In this document: one piece after another, positions 28,251-32,000 of the stretch | Layout of the letters: the number at the start of each line of letters is the position of its first letter | Position numbering within the stretch: position 1 is the first letter of the stretch | NCBI RefSeq assembly: GCF_052908155.1 | Contig: NZ_CM128601.1 | Reading direction: 5' to 3' (one strand) | DNA: 32,000 nucleotides | Notes under the pieces: generated by a model | Told to the model about the DNA's origin: nothing | The model's database searches: none | The model's input: the letters and a program-made list of their open reading frames with translations, nothing else | Program-made: the position numbers and the translations under genes

Positions 28251-30032
28251 TTATTCATAGTGCATGAAGCAGGTTTCAGTCGGTGCGTCCACTGCGTTAT
28301 CGGCGATATCTTCAAATTCCATGACGTTATCCAGTTCGCTGCCCATCGAAATATTGGTCACACGCTCGAGAATAACTTCCACGACTACCGGTACCCGATA
28401 TTGCGCCATTAAGGCTTTCGCCTGTTCAAAGGCTGGTGCAATATCTTCCGGTTTGAAGACCCGAATCGCTTTACAACCTAAACCTTCCGCTACTTTTACG
28501 TGGTCGACGCCGTACCCGTTCACTTCACTGGAGTTAATATTTTCGAACGCGAGCTGTACGCAGTAATCCATATCAAACGCGCGCTGCGACTGGCGAATCA
28601 GACCCAGATAGGCGTTATTGACCAGTACATGGATGTACGGAATGTTGAACTGTGCGCCAACGGCTAATTCTTCAATCAGAAACTGGAAGTCGAAGTCACC
28701 GGAAATCGCCACCACTTTGCGCTCTGGATCAGCGGCACAAACCCCCAGCGCCGCCGGAATGGTCCAGCCCAGCGGGCCTGCCTGCCCACAGTTGATCCAG
28801 TGGCGGTCTTTAAAGACATGCAGCATTTGTGCCGCAGCGATTTGTGACAGGCCAATGGTGGTGACATAACAAACATCGCGACCAAAGGCTTTGTTCATCT
28901 CTTCATACACGCGCTGCGGTTTCACCGGCACGTTGTCGAAGTGGGTTTTGCGCAGCAAAGTGCGTTTGCGCTGCTGGCAGTCGGCGACCCATTCTTTACG
29001 ACACGGCAGACGACCCGCTTTTTGCATCTCCTGCGCCACTTCAACCAGCAGCGTCAGCGCCGCTTTAGCATCAGAGACAATGCCGAGATCCGGACACAGC
29101 ACGCGGCCAATTTGCGTCGGCTCAATATCGATATGAACGATTTTGCGCCCTTCGGTGTATTTCTCTACCGAACCGGTATGACGGTTCGCAAAACGGTTAC
29201 CGATACCAAACACCATGTCGGACGCCAGTAGCGTTGCGTTACCGTAACGATGCGCGGTTTGCAGACCCACCATCCCGGCCATCAGTTCATGATCGTCGGG
29301 AATACAGCCCCAGCCCATCAGCGTTGGGATCACCGGAACGCTGGTCAGTTCAGCAAACTGTTGTAACAGTGCAGCAGCGTCAGCATTGATTACCCCGCCC
29401 CCGGCAACAATCACCGGACGTTCGGCCTGAATTAACATTTCTACCGCTTTTTCGATCTGCATACGGCTGGCAGCAGGTTTGTAGACCGGCAGCGGTTCGT
29501 ACATGTCAGGATCAAACTCGATTTCCGCAACCTGAACGTCGAACGGTAAATCCACCAGTACCGGACCCGGGCGACCAGAACGCATCAGGTGAAACGCCTG
29601 TTGCAGCACACGAGGCACCAGCGCCGCTTCACGAACTGTAACCGCCATTTTGCTGACCGGTTTAGCAATTGCTTCAATATCAACGGCCTGGAAATCTTCT
29701 TTATGCAGACGGGCGCGCGGAGCCTGGCCGGTAATACACAGAATAGGAATGGAATCAGCAGAAGCGGAATAGAGCGCGGTGATCATGTCCGTGCCCGCAG
29801 GACCGGAAGTCCCCAGACATACGCCGATATTCCCTGCCGTTGCGCGGGTATAACCTTCCGCCATGTGCGAAGCACCTTCCACATGACGCGCCAGAATGTG
29901 ACGAATACCGCCGTGCTTACGCATCGCTGAATAGAACGGATTGATTGCTGCTCCCGGAACGCCGAAGGCGGTGGTGATACCTTCTTTCTCCAGCACATAC
30001 ATTGCCGCGTCAACGGCTCTCATTTTTGCCAT
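28251..30032 (-). CDS. gcl: Glyoxylate carboligase, 593 aa
   Basis: [64 protein letters not shown]...; start placed at MAKMRAV inside the longer ORF. Confidence 0.98.
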   Translation of the reverse strand: MAKMRAVDAAMYVLEKEGITTAFGVPGAAINPFYSAMRKHGGIRHILARHVEGASHMAEGYTRATAGNIGVCLGTSGPAGTDMITALYSASADSIPILCITGQAPRARLHKEDFQAVDIEAIAKPVSKMAVTVREAALVPRVLQQAFHLMRSGRPGPVLVDLPFDVQVAEIEFDPDMYEPLPVYKPAASRMQIEKAVEMLIQAERPVIVAGGGVINADAAALLQQFAELTSVPVIPTLMGWGCIPDDHELMAGMVGLQTAHRYGNATLLASDMVFGIGNRFANRHTGSVEKYTEGRKIVHIDIEPTQIGRVLCPDLGIVSDAKAALTLLVEVAQEMQKAGRLPCRKEWVADCQQRKRTLLRKTHFDNVPVKPQRVYEEMNKAFGRDVCYVTTIGLSQIAAAQMLHVFKDRHWINCGQAGPLGWTIPAALGVCAADPERKVVAISGDFDFQFLIEELAVGAQFNIPYIHVLVNNAYLGLIRQSQRAFDMDYCVQLAFENINSSEVNGYGVDHVKVAEGLGCKAIRVFKPEDIAPAFEQAKALMAQYRVPVVVEVILERVTNISMGSELDNVMEFEDIADNAVDAPTETCFMHYE

Positions 30033-30051
30033 TTTATTCCTACCTCTATAA

Positions 30052-30068
30052 ATTGGAAAAATTTTCCA
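30052..30068. promoter_or_regulatory. AllR box upstream of gcl, TTGGAAAAATTTTCCAA
   Basis: Perfect palindrome matching the known AllR operator pattern; matching site at 31603. Confidence 0.85.
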
Positions 30069-30121
30069 ACTTTCAAATTTTGTCAAAAAAACCCGCTCCG
30101 CAGAGCGGGATGCGACAGACA

Positions 30122-30937
30122 CTATGGATGTGCTTTCAGTCCCAACGCCGTGCTGATATCGCGGGCGGTGTCTCTGACCAGCTCACCCTGACTGACAAAA
30201 CGATCTTCTGTCAGTCTTGATGAAGGCCCGGAGATGGAGATAGCGGCAACAACACTACCTACATCATCGTAAATTGCTGAAGCTATGCAATTCAGGCCGA
30301 CAACATGCTCTTCTTTATCTACGGTATAGCCCAGTTCACGCGCTTGTTCCAGGTCCTTCAGCAAGGTGGGCATATCCACAAGCGTCGTTGGCGTAAACTG
30401 CTGCAAACCGGTTTGCAGAATGATGCTCATCAACTCTTCTTCCGCCAGCGGATAAAGCAGCGCCTTGCCCGCACCGGAAGCATGCAGCGGCAGACGACTG
30501 CCCAGCGGCGCACACATCCTGACCATCGATTTACACTCTAACTGACCAATTAATACTGCTTCATTGCCGTTACGAATAGCGACATTGACCGTTTCGCCGG
30601 AAAGTAACATCAGGCGGCGCATAAACGGCCCGGCGACGGAGAGGACATCGCGGTTATGGATGTACGCCGCACCGACGTTAAAGACACCTAATCCTATATG
30701 CCACCAGCCTAACTGACTGTCCTGATAGACAAAATCCGCTGCCTGTAAAACCTTCAGCAAGCGAAAGGTCGTGGAGAGCGGCAAATCCAGATTGAGAGAA
30801 ATATCGCTAACCGACGAACTTCCCCCACTTTTTTCCAGATATTGCAGAATCGCAATTCCCCGCTCTAACGCCTGTGCGCCCTTCTGTGCCACAGGCTCCG
30901 CCTGTCCTGGCCTGCCGCGCCGTCTAACTTCCGTCAT
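30122..30937 (-). CDS. allR: IclR-family repressor of the allantoin/glyoxylate regulon, 271 aa
   Basis: [65 protein letters not shown]... Confidence 0.97.
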
Positions 30938-31014
30938 ACCTACGTTAACTCCGACCTACAAGTGAGCATAAACAATGAACAATTAGTTTATCTTATGCAA
31001 GTCGGTTGCAGGCG

Positions 31015-31497
31015 TCACGCAAAACAGAGTTCCTGTTCAGGAATACTTTCAACATCACAGTTGTCACTGCCGCCGCGATCGATGGTCAGAAAATCGGTGA
31101 CGCGCTGCCAGGCGAAAAGTGGGTGATGCCAGACGTTACGATGGTAATTCACCCCCTGTTCACCGTTGGTGATAAACGCCCGCAGCGTTGACAGGTCTGG
31201 TTTGTCGTCACCTAACGCCACGACCACCACAAACACTTCACCTTTCATCGGGATAAAGGCCTGAGTGCCCAGCGGATGACGTTCGAGTTCGTGAATGGTC
31301 AGCGGCAGATTCGCCGGTTGCGCGCGGTTAATGCTGATGAGCGTACGGTCTTGCTCAAGAATCTCAACCAGCGCCAAATCGTGGTAACGCTCTACCAGGC
31401 CATTGTTAATATGGAAAAAATCCCGTTGCTGCGTTTCGATTACATCGCCATAAGCACTAAAGGCTTCCTGACTTAACGGTAATACCTGAAGTTTCAT
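31015..31497 (-). CDS. allA: Ureidoglycolate lyase, 160 aa
   Basis: [42 protein letters not shown]... Confidence 0.97.
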
Positions 31498-31602
31498 CTT
31501 TTTGTCCTTGTAACATAATTCCGTTCAACCAGCGCCGACCGGTCAGCTTGGTTTCAATAACAGGCAATCTAAAACCTTAAGGGAACAACATCAACACAAA
31601 AG

Positions 31603-31619
31603 TTGGAATATTTTTCCAA
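31603..31619. promoter_or_regulatory. AllR box in the allA-allS intergenic region, TTGGAATATTTTTCCAA
   Basis: Same operator pattern as the gcl site; expected location between divergent allA and allS. Confidence 0.8.
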
Positions 31620-31726
31620 AACTAGATTTAGTCCACAAATTGAACAGGGTTATCATGTAAAAATACTGATAAATCAGAGGATAAGAAAATCACGCAACTT
31701 GCGGATTTAAAAGGGGATACCTGAAG

Positions 31727-32000
31727 ATGTTCGATCCAGAAACCTTGCGGACTTTCATTGCGGTTGCTGAAACAGGAAGTTTTTCAAAATCGGCAGAACG
31801 ATTATGTAAAACCACGGCGACAATCAGTTATCGCATTAAACTTCTGGAAGAGAATACCGGAGTAGCGCTGTTTTTCCGCACGACTCGCAGCGTGACATTG
31901 ACAGCGGCTGGCGAGCATCTACTTTCCCAGGCCAGAGACTGGCTGAGCTGGCTGGAAAGTATGCCCAGCGAGCTGCAACAGGTGAATGATGGCGTGGAAC
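31727..32000 (+). CDS. allS: LysR-family activator AllS, 5' end only (truncated by window end)
   Basis: [72 protein letters not shown]... Confidence 0.96.
   Translation, partial: MFDPETLRTFIAVAETGSFSKSAERLCKTTATISYRIKLLEENTGVALFFRTTRSVTLTAAGEHLLSQARDWLSWLESMPSELQQVNDGVE

Noticed and set aside
30033-30122. 30-residue N-terminal extension of gcl ([11 protein letters not shown]...)
   Set aside because: It covers the gcl promoter and AllR box; the known start is [13 protein letters not shown].
22081-31497. Numerous antisense ORFs of 60-170 aa over glxK, ybbY, allB, ybbW, glxR, gcl, allR and the fdrA cluster
   Set aside because: All lie opposite well-identified host genes, the expected shadow ORFs of codon-biased GC-moderate genes.

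Overview
Escherichia coli (or a very close relative) chromosome. The host backbone is the purine/allantoin region: lpxH (3' end)-purE-purK, then ybcF/ylbF/ylbE/fdrA (-), allD-allC (+), then allE (+), glxK/ybbY/allB/ybbW/glxR/hyi/gcl/allR/allA (-) and allS (5' end, +). A ~10.4 kb tyrosine-integrase element (about 9489-19902) has inserted into the first codons of allE, leaving a 7-bp GGGATAT core at both junctions. It has almost all genes on the minus strand: integrase, Icd-like protein, small ORFs, DUF4222-like, D5/P4-type primase-helicase, a broken SSB, a ProQ/FinO-domain protein, and a chimeric ORF. This layout resembles a degenerate capsid-encoding phage satellite (cf-PICI-like). Main points of interest: (1) the chimeric ORF is the N-terminus of an HK97-type major capsid protein joined in frame to a large terminase lacking its Walker A region, implying an internal deletion of the packaging/capsid module; (2) nine exact GTGAACAG/CTGTTCAC sites in ~220 bp next to the primase gene, a candidate satellite replication origin; (3) a family of helically phased 10-bp (G/A)AACAnnnnn repeats at five places in the element; (4) separate amber (TAG) nonsense codons in host allC and in the satellite ssb; (5) loss of the allE start codon by integration, so the allantoin pathway carries two lesions; (6) strong hairpins and an operator-like repeat array in a region with no recognisable protein repressor or AlpA. 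No CRISPR, tRNA, rRNA or IS element was seen.
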